Positions 51,361 through 60,427 of a DNA stretch of 64,000 nt are shown here, in pieces. Source of the stretch: Candidatus Zixiibacteriota bacterium (GTDB lineage Bacteria > Zixibacteria > MSB-5A5 > UBA10806 > 4484-95); the NCBI GenBank assembly GCA_037441845.1, contig JBBIRK010000001.1:63836-127835 (forward strand), read 5' to 3'. The position numbers and the translations under genes are program-made. Under the pieces are notes generated by a model. That model made no database searches. It saw only the letters and a program-made list of their open reading frames with translations, and was not told the origin of the DNA. Position 1 is the stretch's first letter; every line of letters starts with the position of its first letter.

Positions 51361-53934
51361 CTAAAAGCCTACGTTGATCGATAACCTGACGGTATTCCCC
51401 AGTCGATTGGTCTCTTCATTGGATGATGGGATATACGAGAGGTCAACCCGCAGCCGCGAATATTGCAACGAGCCGCCGAGCGTCATATATCGCTGCACAC
51501 CGATATCATCATATACGTAACCGGCCCTGACGGCTATATAATTCGAATACCAATATTCGGCTCCGATATGAGGGATTATCTCCCTTATTTCGGTTTTCAG
51601 ATCGTCGTTGAGATCCACCAGCAGCTTGTTGGCCTCGCCCACTATAGTCAACCTATTGTACGGTGAATCAATCAGCTTGTAGGCGAAAGCCACCGCAAGC
51701 TTGCGGGGAAGCGGGTCGGCCTGATCGGCATCGATATAGGCTATCTCCGGTCCGATATTGGTGATGGTGGCCGCAAGATCGGTCCGCCGGTCAAAATTGT
51801 ATAAAACACCACCATCGACGGCACCCGAAAAACCCACCCCCTTGCCCTTTTCCAGGCCGGCACCGACATCGGCAAGATGGGAGATAATAATTCTGGCGGA
51901 TATCCCCGCGGAGAGGGATTTCATCAGCTTCGTGCCATACGAAACGGTCCAGGCGAGATCATAGGACGTAAATTGTCCGATTACGTCGCCCACTTCGTTG
52001 GTTCTATCCTGTTGACCATAGGAAAGAAAGGTTATACCGGTGCCGAAAGTCCCCCACTCGCTGGTGGGATAGACGATCGCGAAATAATCGTAGTATAAAT
52101 CCGGAGCGAGCTGGGTAAGGTAATTGGAATGCATGAAAGTCACCTGACCCCGGGGGCGAGCCAACAAATAAATCCGATCGGAACCGGCGAACCAGAGCTC
52201 GCCATATTCGTTTTCGATCGTGTGAACCGGCGAGCGGATCCCCTCCAGGCGGGCGAAACGGCTCCAGATTCCGTCGTTGTATTCGACGACGCCATAGGCG
52301 GTTCCGACATAAGCCTTTTTCTGCGAGACGGCCGACACGGAAAAAATCTTCGAACCGAGCTGATTGGCGTAAACCACCAAACTTTTCCCCTGAGGAATCG
52401 TTTCGCCTTCAAGTTCGTTTAGTTCCAGAATCTTTCCGGCAAGCCTTTCGACCTGTTCATCGCTGCCCTCGGGAAGGATATTTCTTGCCATTTCGAAAAC
52501 GCTCATCTCCCTATCAGCTTGAATCACGCGATAACCGAAATTAACGAAAGATTCGCCATCGAAAAGCACAAGGCCGTTCTCGGTTCCTATCCACAGATAT
52601 TTATCTTTGGCGGCAAGCGAGGTTATGTCGCCCCACAAGGCTGGGGCATACGGAAGTTTTATTTTTTGACCGAGCGTTACCTCATCGCTGAAATCGTTCA
52701 ATCGCCGGACCTGTTCTTTTAGGCGTTCGATATTCAAATCGGCACCGGTGCGATAGATTTTTTTCAAAATGTCCCCAAGAGTCTCGCCGACGGACACTTC
52801 ATGAATCATGTAATTTTTCCACGACCCGCCGTCGTAATGATATAGATCCCGATCGGTTGCCGCCCAGATACTCTGGTCGCTAATCGCGGAGATGTTAGAA
52901 ATATATCCCTGCGGCGGGGTTTCCTGGGAAGAATATTGCTTGATCCTAACGCCGTTATAATAAGCTATGCCGTTTTCGGTTCCGACAACTATGCTTTTCT
53001 TGCCCATTTTATCGAGCGCGGTTACTTTGAGAGCCGGCAAGCTGTCAGGCAACCCGTAATACCGCCATTTATTCGAGGTCGGATCGAATCGATAGAAGCC
53101 GGAATCGGTGCCGGCATAGATCATGCCGTCATGCGATTCCAAACAATTGGCCGGAGCCTTGCGCGGCAGATCGAACGGTATCCTGATCTCGGACATGGCC
53201 TTTGCACTTACCGCGTGGTCTATTTCCGCGATCAACGTGTCCGTTTCCTCGGTCGAAAGACGTCCGTCGGCCGACATCGTTTGAACCGACTTTTCGAAAT
53301 TGATGAAACCCTGCGGCAATAATTTGAGCTCAGCATATGCCGCGGTTAGACGATTGACGCCGTTCCTGATATACTCGGCATTCGGGTCCGAGTCGGATAT
53401 TCTGGTAAGAACATTATTGATGACGGATTCGAGCCGCTGGCGGCTTATCCTCAGGTTCCACTGCAAAACTTGATCGACTTGCGCGCTGAGCTGATCCCTC
53501 TCGGCGCCGGTGTAACGGGCCACGATATCCGACAAAGCCGTACCGGCTCCGATTTTGACCGCTATGCCCGAATTCCAGCGATCTTTTTCCCATTTCACCA
53601 GATGACCGTTCATCAATGCCCAGATATCGAACTGCTTATAATTATTTTCCGGCATATCGTTCTTAACAAGCACCAATTTTTCGATTTTATATCCTCGTCT
53701 CGAGGGTAACTCCAGCCACAACGGCGAAAGAGGATAATTCCCCAGGCCGGCGGGATTCCAGTGGGTCGCCGTCGCATCATCGGCAATTGATACAAAAGTC
53801 TCTCCCATGCCTCCGGCGCGGGCTCCCGGAGCGATCAGCAAAAACGGCACGGCGGTCTGCGAAACCTGAGCCGAAGATTGCGCAGCGATAACGACCAAAA
53901 ACAAAATCGCGTATATGGATAACCTTTGCATCAA
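51361..53934 (-). CDS. porV: PorV-family OM barrel with a ~530-aa beta-propeller/LysM insertion
   Basis: AVPFLLIAPGARAGGMGE..ADDATATHWNPAGL at aa 28-64. The barrel resumes near aa 595 (FMHSNYL..L..DLYY, SYDLA..VSYG, NIGP.IAY..QADPLP, GAEYWY...AVRAGY, RVDLSY..NTVRLSINVGF). Directly downstream of porU. Confidence 0.88.
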   Translation of the reverse strand: MMQRLSIYAILFLVVIAAQSSAQVSQTAVPFLLIAPGARAGGMGETFVSIADDATATHWNPAGLGNYPLSPLWLELPSRRGYKIEKLVLVKNDMPENNYKQFDIWALMNGHLVKWEKDRWNSGIAVKIGAGTALSDIVARYTGAERDQLSAQVDQVLQWNLRISRQRLESVINNVLTRISDSDPNAEYIRNGVNRLTAAYAELKLLPQGFINFEKSVQTMSADGRLSTEETDTLIAEIDHAVSAKAMSEIRIPFDLPRKAPANCLESHDGMIYAGTDSGFYRFDPTSNKWRYYGLPDSLPALKVTALDKMGKKSIVVGTENGIAYYNGVRIKQYSSQETPPQGYISNISAISDQSIWAATDRDLYHYDGGSWKNYMIHEVSVGETLGDILKKIYRTGADLNIERLKEQVRRLNDFSDEVTLGQKIKLPYAPALWGDITSLAAKDKYLWIGTENGLVLFDGESFVNFGYRVIQADREMSVFEMARNILPEGSDEQVERLAGKILELNELEGETIPQGKSLVVYANQLGSKIFSVSAVSQKKAYVGTAYGVVEYNDGIWSRFARLEGIRSPVHTIENEYGELWFAGSDRIYLLARPRGQVTFMHSNYLTQLAPDLYYDYFAIVYPTSEWGTFGTGITFLSYGQQDRTNEVGDVIGQFTSYDLAWTVSYGTKLMKSLSAGISARIIISHLADVGAGLEKGKGVGFSGAVDGGVLYNFDRRTDLAATITNIGPEIAYIDADQADPLPRKLAVAFAYKLIDSPYNRLTIVGEANKLLVDLNDDLKTEIREIIPHIGAEYWYSNYIAVRAGYVYDDIGVQRYMTLGGSLQYSRLRVDLSYIPSSNEETNRLGNTVRLSINVGF

Positions 53935-54053
53935 ATCCTCCCTGTCATTTGCGCCAGTACAATTATCGACACGGGTCGTCCGTTTGTTGATTTTCAGTCA
54001 TTGCGTTTAATACTGCAATTGCCAACTTGCGCACCCCGCACGATAACCGATTA

Positions 54054-57000
54054 TCATCTCATTATCACGAGTTTCGATTGAAAAGAGTCTTTTTGCCGCC
54101 GGCCCTCGTCGTCATACCCGATCGCTTCGATTCGATAGATATAAACGCCGCTGGCCAACCTGTCACCATCATCATCGCGCAGATCATACGGCAGAAAATG
54201 ATGGCCGCCAACCGTGTATTGAGGCGAATCCTTTCTTATGGTTTTGATTAATCTTCCGGACAACGTGAATATTTTGAGAGTTACGGTTTCAGCCGGTCGA
54301 GTTAAAACATATTGAAACGTAGTCGAGTCGGTCTGCACCGCCGGATTCGGATAATTCATCACATCGAACAAGGAAAGATCGGTCGTTCCGAAAACTCGAA
54401 TCGGCGATGAATAAACCGAAGAGTTATTATAGCTGTCCCAAGCTTTGAGACTGATCGTATAATCACCATCGGGGAGCAACGGCAATTCCGCTGAAACCTC
54501 GCCACTCTGCCAGTTGCCGAGATCGAAGCGGAAATCGGAGGTTATGTCCGCCGAGTAGGTCTGACCGCCGTTTATGCTCATCACGATCCCGTGCCCCATC
54601 GAACCGGTGATATTTATGCCATGCTCGTCGAACAGCCTGAACACCAGTGACGCCCCGGATGATACGACCGCTAATTTTCCGGTGACCGGATTTCCGTTGT
54701 AATAAAACTCTATCCGGGGGCCGACGGTATCGATTTCTCCGGCTGCGCTGCCGGAAATCGGCAGCGAATCGACTATGCCGGAACCATCGATCGTTTCGTT
54801 GGCGAAATAAACGTAAATTTTAGCCCTCGATCCGCCATAGGAAATATCCTTGGGCACGAAAAACGAAGTCGAAAAACGGCCGTCGATCACTTCCGCAGGT
54901 CCGTAGAACAAAGTCGGACCGGGTAAAGTATAATCGACATAAACGTAATTGGGGGGATTGAGCGGCTGGTTATTATAATCGAGGATCGCCTTATGTCGCC
55001 GAACCGAAGCGTCCTTCACCGTCACCCAGATTATGCCGTTGAAATCGGAGACGAATCGCCCTTGACTGTCGTAAATCCCGCCGGCGATCGAATCGACCGA
55101 CAGTCCTTTCAACGAATCCGGCCGGTAGGTGAATTCCGATCTCAAATAAGGCTTGGCCGCGATCATTCCCGGATCACCGAGGAAAACGTAATTGCGATCG
55201 TTGGCGATCGGCCCGTAAGGGTTGTTCAATTGCCTGATATATTTGGCCATGAAGAAAGCACCTCCGAACGTGGTGGAATCCTCGAACAAGATCTGGTCGA
55301 AAATCTCATTATTGAGATCGGTGTTGGGGCCGGCGTACACGACACGGGTTGCGCCTATGGAGGCTATGGCCCCGCCTTCAGGATGGCTCAATAAATCCTC
55401 GGCCATCGATTGATCGGCTGGCGCATCGAAAAATCCTATGGAGCAGGATGCGGCAAGCATCAGCGGCAGCTTGCGGCCGTTTCGGAGACGCGGGATATCC
55501 TCGGTTCTGCGAAATATCTGTTCGTGAGCCCAGAGATTCTTGTTGCCATGGCCTATCCAATCGACAATAAGCGCGCCGTTGTTGATCGCCTGCACCAGGG
55601 CTTCCCTTGCGTCGGTCTTCAGATTTCCCGCTCTCGTGGGATATTCGACAAGATATATTTTCTGAACCTCCATGGTCCGCGGCACATGAAAATTGCTTAA
55701 AGCCTCGGCCTGGGTGGTATGAAACGTTTCATAAGGCGAAAGTCCTCCGAGATTATCATCGGCGACGACAATCACGTTGTTGCGCCACTTTCCCATATCC
55801 GGATTAGCCTCGTAATCGATTATCTTATCGACTATGGTCTGCATCTCCGCCGCGCTGTTTACTCCCAAGCGGCCTATCATCATATCGAGGCTTCCTGAGC
55901 TGTCTGAATCGAAATACCCATAGCTACCGAAATAGATGAAGTTCTCGTCGGAACCTGATGCTCCGGCCTCAGGCGGATTCGCAGCCTCGAACGGAGGGAT
56001 ATAAATCGGGTGGCCGCCGCCCAGGTTGTTGCGAAAGTCATAGTGTCCGTCGCCGACCAAAAGGCATATTCCGGGAGAAGCACCGCTCCAATTTTCGTAG
56101 GCGAATTTCAAGAAGTCACGGATAGCGAGCGGGTCGTTCAACCCCCAACTGAATTGATTGAAGATATCGTCGATATTCACGACTCTTACTTCCAGCTCCG
56201 GATTTTGTCTTGCCCGATGTTCGGCCAGTTGCTCGACTTGTTCCCTGAACAACGGGTGCGTAATCATGATATAATCGGCGCGGTTAGCTGGGTCACGCAG
56301 GTTGTCGCGCTCGTAACGCGAATAGCGGCCTACTATTCTAAAGCGGGAAGGTCCGGCCATGTAAAAACGATGTCGACGGGAATTGACCTGCTGAAAGCGC
56401 AGCGTATCGCCGACGAATACGCCGTTGACTATTCTGCGCACGCTATCCGGCGAACTTATATCCAGCAGCACATAATCACTCGAGGTCCCGGCGACTCGAT
56501 ATTCGATTCGTCCGAGCAATGTGGGGCTGGTAAACGTCAAAACGTTATCGACTGTCCGCAGATGCCTGCTGTAATGAATCTCTATGTAATCCAGAAAGAA
56601 TTCGACGGCATTGCTCAATACGAGAGTATTATAGCCACCCTGAAGGTTTTGTGTGGAGAAGAAATGCAGATAAGAATAGGGGTCCCTATAAACCGAGTCG
56701 CGCGTCGCCGCAACTCCATTCACCGTCAGCCCCGAGAAGGAATTCCTGGTCTTCACTATCACTCTCGCGGGAATTCCGCCCAGAGCGTCGGTCGCCTGAA
56801 TACTGGCGGTGAAATTCTGGCCGCGGCCCCAGTACCAATCGAAATAATTGGCAAATTCGCCGCTCGATTCGGTTCTATAAAATATGAATTCCTGCTCGTC
56901 ATGCGTAAAATCGGTGAAACTGGTCATGATCGCCAACGGCGATCCCGTCGGCGCGCCGTTTTCCTGCGCCCAGCGCCGGGGAAGATTGCCGAAGTTGCCC

Positions 57001-58076
57001 CCATAGGTCAACCAGTAGGCGTTGCGCGATGTATAATGATTGCGCTGGTAAGTGAAGCGGCCGGCTGATTCGTTGAATTCGAATCGATCCACGCTTTCGC
57101 CGAAAAACAGCACTTGATCGCCGAAATCGAATACCCCGTCATCGCCGCCGATAACCTCGATCGGGATCTCGAAAAGGTTCGGTCGGGCGGTTTCATTATC
57201 AAAAGGCAACTCATCGCCGCCCCCATAGAAAATCCTGATCTGGCGGGGATCTATCTGGCCGACATCCAAACCGGCATTCGAAAGATCGAATCGATTTATC
57301 CTGTATATACCGGTATTGGAGATTTCCATTTTAAGCCACACTTCCGCCGAGTCGAAAGCCGATGCGGTCATCTGTGATCGCAACTGCGTCGGCGGCCAAT
57401 CGATCCGCCATGCCTCGGCCAGTTCATAATTGGCCACGAGCTCTTTAAGTATTTTGTCGAATACCGGTCCGGCAGGCCGCTGGGAAACCGCCGGCGATCG
57501 GGAAACAGGCACGAAATCGATCCGCACGACGATCTTTTCGGCTTTCATCCGCAGATCGCCGTCGATGTTTATGGGGGCCATAACCAATTTCGCGATGCGC
57601 AATCCCCGGATAATATCTTCTCCGGCCACCCAGGCGATTCTTGTCGGCCAGCTGGTCGTCCTTCTCTGATTCCGTGCGAGTTCGGCCGAAAACTCTTTTT
57701 CTGAAAAGGAGCAAATATAGGGTGCGGTTTCCGCCGATTCGAGCGGGATAAACGATTGGCTCAATATGGTTATCCGGATATCGCAGTTGAATGGTACGCC
57801 GATCGGGATAACTTTTATCGGCAATAACGGCTCACCTTCGATTCGGTTCTGCGCCGTTCGCGGAATCTGTGGGTAACGATATGATTCCGGATATCCCTCG
57901 ATCTTGGTATCGCTAACCGGCGGGACAAGGTAGGTGACGGTCATGCCGCTTATCGAGGATTCATTTATGAAGATGTCGTTATCGAAAACGATTTCGCCCG
58001 TTTCCGGATCGGAAAAGGATAATTGCGTCCCCAAAAATAAAATAGAGGCTATTATCGCAATGCGAAAGAGTCTCAA
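54054..58076 (-). CDS. porU: PorU-like T9SS sortase (C25 family) with propeptide-like N-terminus and CTD
   Basis: GIYRI, IRIFYGGG..LP, N.YT..NAYWL, IFNQFSWG..DPLAIRDFLK, LLVGDGHYDFRN, IGRL, ADD, WIGHG (His), ASC (Cys), LGDP, DTVGP.I, LFDEHGIN, LKAWDSYNN, NYPNP. Confidence 0.92.
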   Translation of the reverse strand: MRLFRIAIIASILFLGTQLSFSDPETGEIVFDNDIFINESSISGMTVTYLVPPVSDTKIEGYPESYRYPQIPRTAQNRIEGEPLLPIKVIPIGVPFNCDIRITILSQSFIPLESAETAPYICSFSEKEFSAELARNQRRTTSWPTRIAWVAGEDIIRGLRIAKLVMAPINIDGDLRMKAEKIVVRIDFVPVSRSPAVSQRPAGPVFDKILKELVANYELAEAWRIDWPPTQLRSQMTASAFDSAEVWLKMEISNTGIYRINRFDLSNAGLDVGQIDPRQIRIFYGGGDELPFDNETARPNLFEIPIEVIGGDDGVFDFGDQVLFFGESVDRFEFNESAGRFTYQRNHYTSRNAYWLTYGGNFGNLPRRWAQENGAPTGSPLAIMTSFTDFTHDEQEFIFYRTESSGEFANYFDWYWGRGQNFTASIQATDALGGIPARVIVKTRNSFSGLTVNGVAATRDSVYRDPYSYLHFFSTQNLQGGYNTLVLSNAVEFFLDYIEIHYSRHLRTVDNVLTFTSPTLLGRIEYRVAGTSSDYVLLDISSPDSVRRIVNGVFVGDTLRFQQVNSRRHRFYMAGPSRFRIVGRYSRYERDNLRDPANRADYIMITHPLFREQVEQLAEHRARQNPELEVRVVNIDDIFNQFSWGLNDPLAIRDFLKFAYENWSGASPGICLLVGDGHYDFRNNLGGGHPIYIPPFEAANPPEAGASGSDENFIYFGSYGYFDSDSSGSLDMMIGRLGVNSAAEMQTIVDKIIDYEANPDMGKWRNNVIVVADDNLGGLSPYETFHTTQAEALSNFHVPRTMEVQKIYLVEYPTRAGNLKTDAREALVQAINNGALIVDWIGHGNKNLWAHEQIFRRTEDIPRLRNGRKLPLMLAASCSIGFFDAPADQSMAEDLLSHPEGGAIASIGATRVVYAGPNTDLNNEIFDQILFEDSTTFGGAFFMAKYIRQLNNPYGPIANDRNYVFLGDPGMIAAKPYLRSEFTYRPDSLKGLSVDSIAGGIYDSQGRFVSDFNGIIWVTVKDASVRRHKAILDYNNQPLNPPNYVYVDYTLPGPTLFYGPAEVIDGRFSTSFFVPKDISYGGSRAKIYVYFANETIDGSGIVDSLPISGSAAGEIDTVGPRIEFYYNGNPVTGKLAVVSSGASLVFRLFDEHGINITGSMGHGIVMSINGGQTYSADITSDFRFDLGNWQSGEVSAELPLLPDGDYTISLKAWDSYNNSSVYSSPIRVFGTTDLSLFDVMNYPNPAVQTDSTTFQYVLTRPAETVTLKIFTLSGRLIKTIRKDSPQYTVGGHHFLPYDLRDDDGDRLASGVYIYRIEAIGYDDEGRRQKDSFQSKLVIMR

Positions 58077-58261
58077 AACTCCTCCTCTGAGGGATCGGGC
58101 GATTCGATCAATAATGCCAAATGCCCGCCCAGGCCAAAAGGTTCAATCCCTTATATTTTCGGCAATTCCGCCACAAACCCTTTAGCCAGATGCGATAAAA
58201 AACCCCTTTCCTTGTGGATGAAATTAATCAATATCGGCTCGATGTCAAGCTCCATTTTGCG

Positions 58262-59335
58262 CTAAAGCGCGCTGTTCAGAAAGGCCGCCGAACCGTCAGC
58301 CTTGAACGACTTGATGAATTCCGCGGCTGTTCGATAGGCTTCGTCGGCGATCGCCTTAGCCGAAGTCTCAGGAATATTATCAATTTCCTTCTTGAAAGGT
58401 TTGGTGGCTTCCTTGATATTTTTATTATTTTCCTTCGCCCATTTTTTCATGCTTTCCATCAAGTCTTTCGGCAGGTTTCGATGCGCTATATTCTGCCACT
58501 CCGTGCCGACATTGCCTTTGCGAATCCCGAATTCCACGAACCGTTTCAGAATGTGCGGCGGTGTTCCGGTTATTCCATGCTGAGCGATTCGGATTCCTTT
58601 GCTCTTTATAGCTTCGTAGATTTCGCCGGTTCGTTTCAGATCGATATTCACCTCTTCGCCATCGAGATAGTTGCCGTGTTTCGAGCCGTTGTTGATCGCC
58701 AGCAGATTCGGGGTGATTCCCCGGGCGATAATACCCTCGACGAACTCGGTGGCCTCGGCGACCGTCGTGACATGGGCATCCTGCCCGGCAGAGGAGATCT
58801 CCCCGACTTCCGCTTCGAGTCCCCAGCCTGCCTCGATGATGGGTGCGGAAAGCCGGGCGGTGATATCGATATTGGCCTCGATCTCGTTGAACGATGCGTC
58901 CACGCAGAAAGATGTATATCCCGCCTCCAGTTCAGCGGCGATCAGCATCCGGGCGGATTCGATCTCCTTATCGCTGGTGTTTTTAACGGTGATATGATCG
59001 CCGTGAATGAAAAACGGCATGGTAAAACCGATCTTATCCGCGTATCCTATAAGCATTTCGAAAAACTGGGCGGGATTCTGACCCGTGTAACCTCCGTCGA
59101 TATTGCCTTCGGTCTTGGCAAGCTCGAATCCGACCACCGCGTCGAGTTCTTGGGCGGCTCGCATGATCCCCGGAACCACGTGCTTGATCCGCACGTTGCA
59201 AGCCATCAGCATCATTTCCTTATCGCGGATCGCATTGAATATATCACGGCCGCTTAATAGACAGATTTTGCTTTTCGAACCGAGTTTCGCTTTAGTCGTT
59301 TCATGCCGTTTTTCGAGCAATTTTGGATATGACAT
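58262..59335 (-). CDS. fba: Class II fructose-bisphosphate aldolase
   Basis: IHGDH, GYTS..VDAS, EAEVGEI, NGSKHG.Y, QHG.TG, KGNVGT. Confidence 0.9.
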   Translation of the reverse strand: MSYPKLLEKRHETTKAKLGSKSKICLLSGRDIFNAIRDKEMMLMACNVRIKHVVPGIMRAAQELDAVVGFELAKTEGNIDGGYTGQNPAQFFEMLIGYADKIGFTMPFFIHGDHITVKNTSDKEIESARMLIAAELEAGYTSFCVDASFNEIEANIDITARLSAPIIEAGWGLEAEVGEISSAGQDAHVTTVAEATEFVEGIIARGITPNLLAINNGSKHGNYLDGEEVNIDLKRTGEIYEAIKSKGIRIAQHGITGTPPHILKRFVEFGIRKGNVGTEWQNIAHRNLPKDLMESMKKWAKENNKNIKEATKPFKKEIDNIPETSAKAIADEAYRTAAEFIKSFKADGSAAFLNSAL

Positions 59336-59397
59336 CTTGATTCTCCGATTTAAACCGATTGAATTTTAAAATCATGACTTCCATTCATAAAACCGCA

Positions 59398-60078
59398 TCA
59401 GCGTCCGAAAAAAGCCACGGCAAAAAGAGCCAACGGCAGCGCCGGGATAAAATTACCTACCTTAATCCTTGACAGCCCCAGTAAATTTATCGCGATTCCG
59501 ATCACCATGACACCGCCGACGGCCGACATCTCGTTTACCGCCGCCGGATTCAGTACTGATTCAAGATACTTCGCCAATAAAGTAAGTGTTCCCTGATAAA
59601 TCAACACCACGACTGCGGAAAAAAGCACGCCGACCCCGAAAGCCGCTGAAAGTGCAACAGCCGCAAATCCATCCATAAGCGACTTAATATAGATCAGGTA
59701 CCCCTTGCCGTAAAGGCCATCTTCCAAAGAGCCGACCACGGTCATAGGGCCTACGCAGAACAAAAGCGATGCGGTTACGAATCCGATCACGAAATTGCCT
59801 TCTTGCGAGCCGGTTTTACGCCTGAGATGTTCGCCCAGCGATTCGAGCCTTTCCTCGATTCGCAACATTTGGCCAAGAAGCCCACCGACAATAAGCGAGC
59901 CGATCACATACAGGAAATTTGCTGTGCCAATCGCCATCTTGACGCCGATCGCCATAGTCGCCAAGCCGAGCGCGGAAAGGACGATGTTTTTATATTGCTC
60001 TCGAAGTTTATTACCGCCCAGAAGTCCAATAGAAGCCCCGAAAAACACGGCCAAAGTATTGACGACAAAAGCATACAT
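59398..60078 (-). CDS. DUF554 membrane protein
   Basis: VN..AV..GA.IG, GFVTASLLFCVGPMTVVGSLEDG, KSLMDG, YQG.LT, IKVGNFIPAL. Confidence 0.93.
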   Translation of the reverse strand: MYAFVVNTLAVFFGASIGLLGGNKLREQYKNIVLSALGLATMAIGVKMAIGTANFLYVIGSLIVGGLLGQMLRIEERLESLGEHLRRKTGSQEGNFVIGFVTASLLFCVGPMTVVGSLEDGLYGKGYLIYIKSLMDGFAAVALSAAFGVGVLFSAVVVLIYQGTLTLLAKYLESVLNPAAVNEMSAVGGVMVIGIAINLLGLSRIKVGNFIPALPLALFAVAFFGR

Positions 60079-60163
60079 ACGCGCCCGGTTATATACGGCA
60101 TATATCGCAGGCATTTCAAGGCAAAAAGTCGGCATTCCATCACGCGATCTAATGTGGATCGAA

Positions 60164-60343
60164 TCAATTGCAGACCGCTTTGCAGGCGGTAAGAGGTAGA
60201 ATTACATAAAGAAGCAGATCACGCACAAGGTAAAATAGAATAATCAGTCCTAGATAGAGCGGCCCTTTGGCCTTGGCTTCTTTCAACGTTAAGGGAGGCT
60301 TAAGATAACCCCAGATTTTCTTTACCGTTTGCTTTATCTGCAT
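60164..60343 (-). CDS. 59-aa small membrane protein (absent from the ORF track)
   Basis: MQIKQTVKKIWGYLKPPLTLKEAKAKGPLYLGLIILFYLVRDLLLYVILPLTACKAVCN*. Basic N-terminus plus a hydrophobic helix; co-directional with its neighbours. Confidence 0.7.
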   Translation of the reverse strand: MQIKQTVKKIWGYLKPPLTLKEAKAKGPLYLGLIILFYLVRDLLLYVILPLTACKAVCN

Positions 60344-60427
60344 ATCAAAACTATTTAATCCGTGTCCCCCGAATGAAGTTCCATGGGGATGTTTATTTTC
60401 CAGAACCGAAGCGATCTTGGTGATCGC

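Noticed and set aside
56010-57068. 352-aa plus-strand ORF (likewise 47464-48360, 58214-59257, 60383-61150, 62164-62988, and minus-strand 23207-24091)
   Set aside because: Each lies opposite a well-supported gene; such shadows are expected from codon bias.
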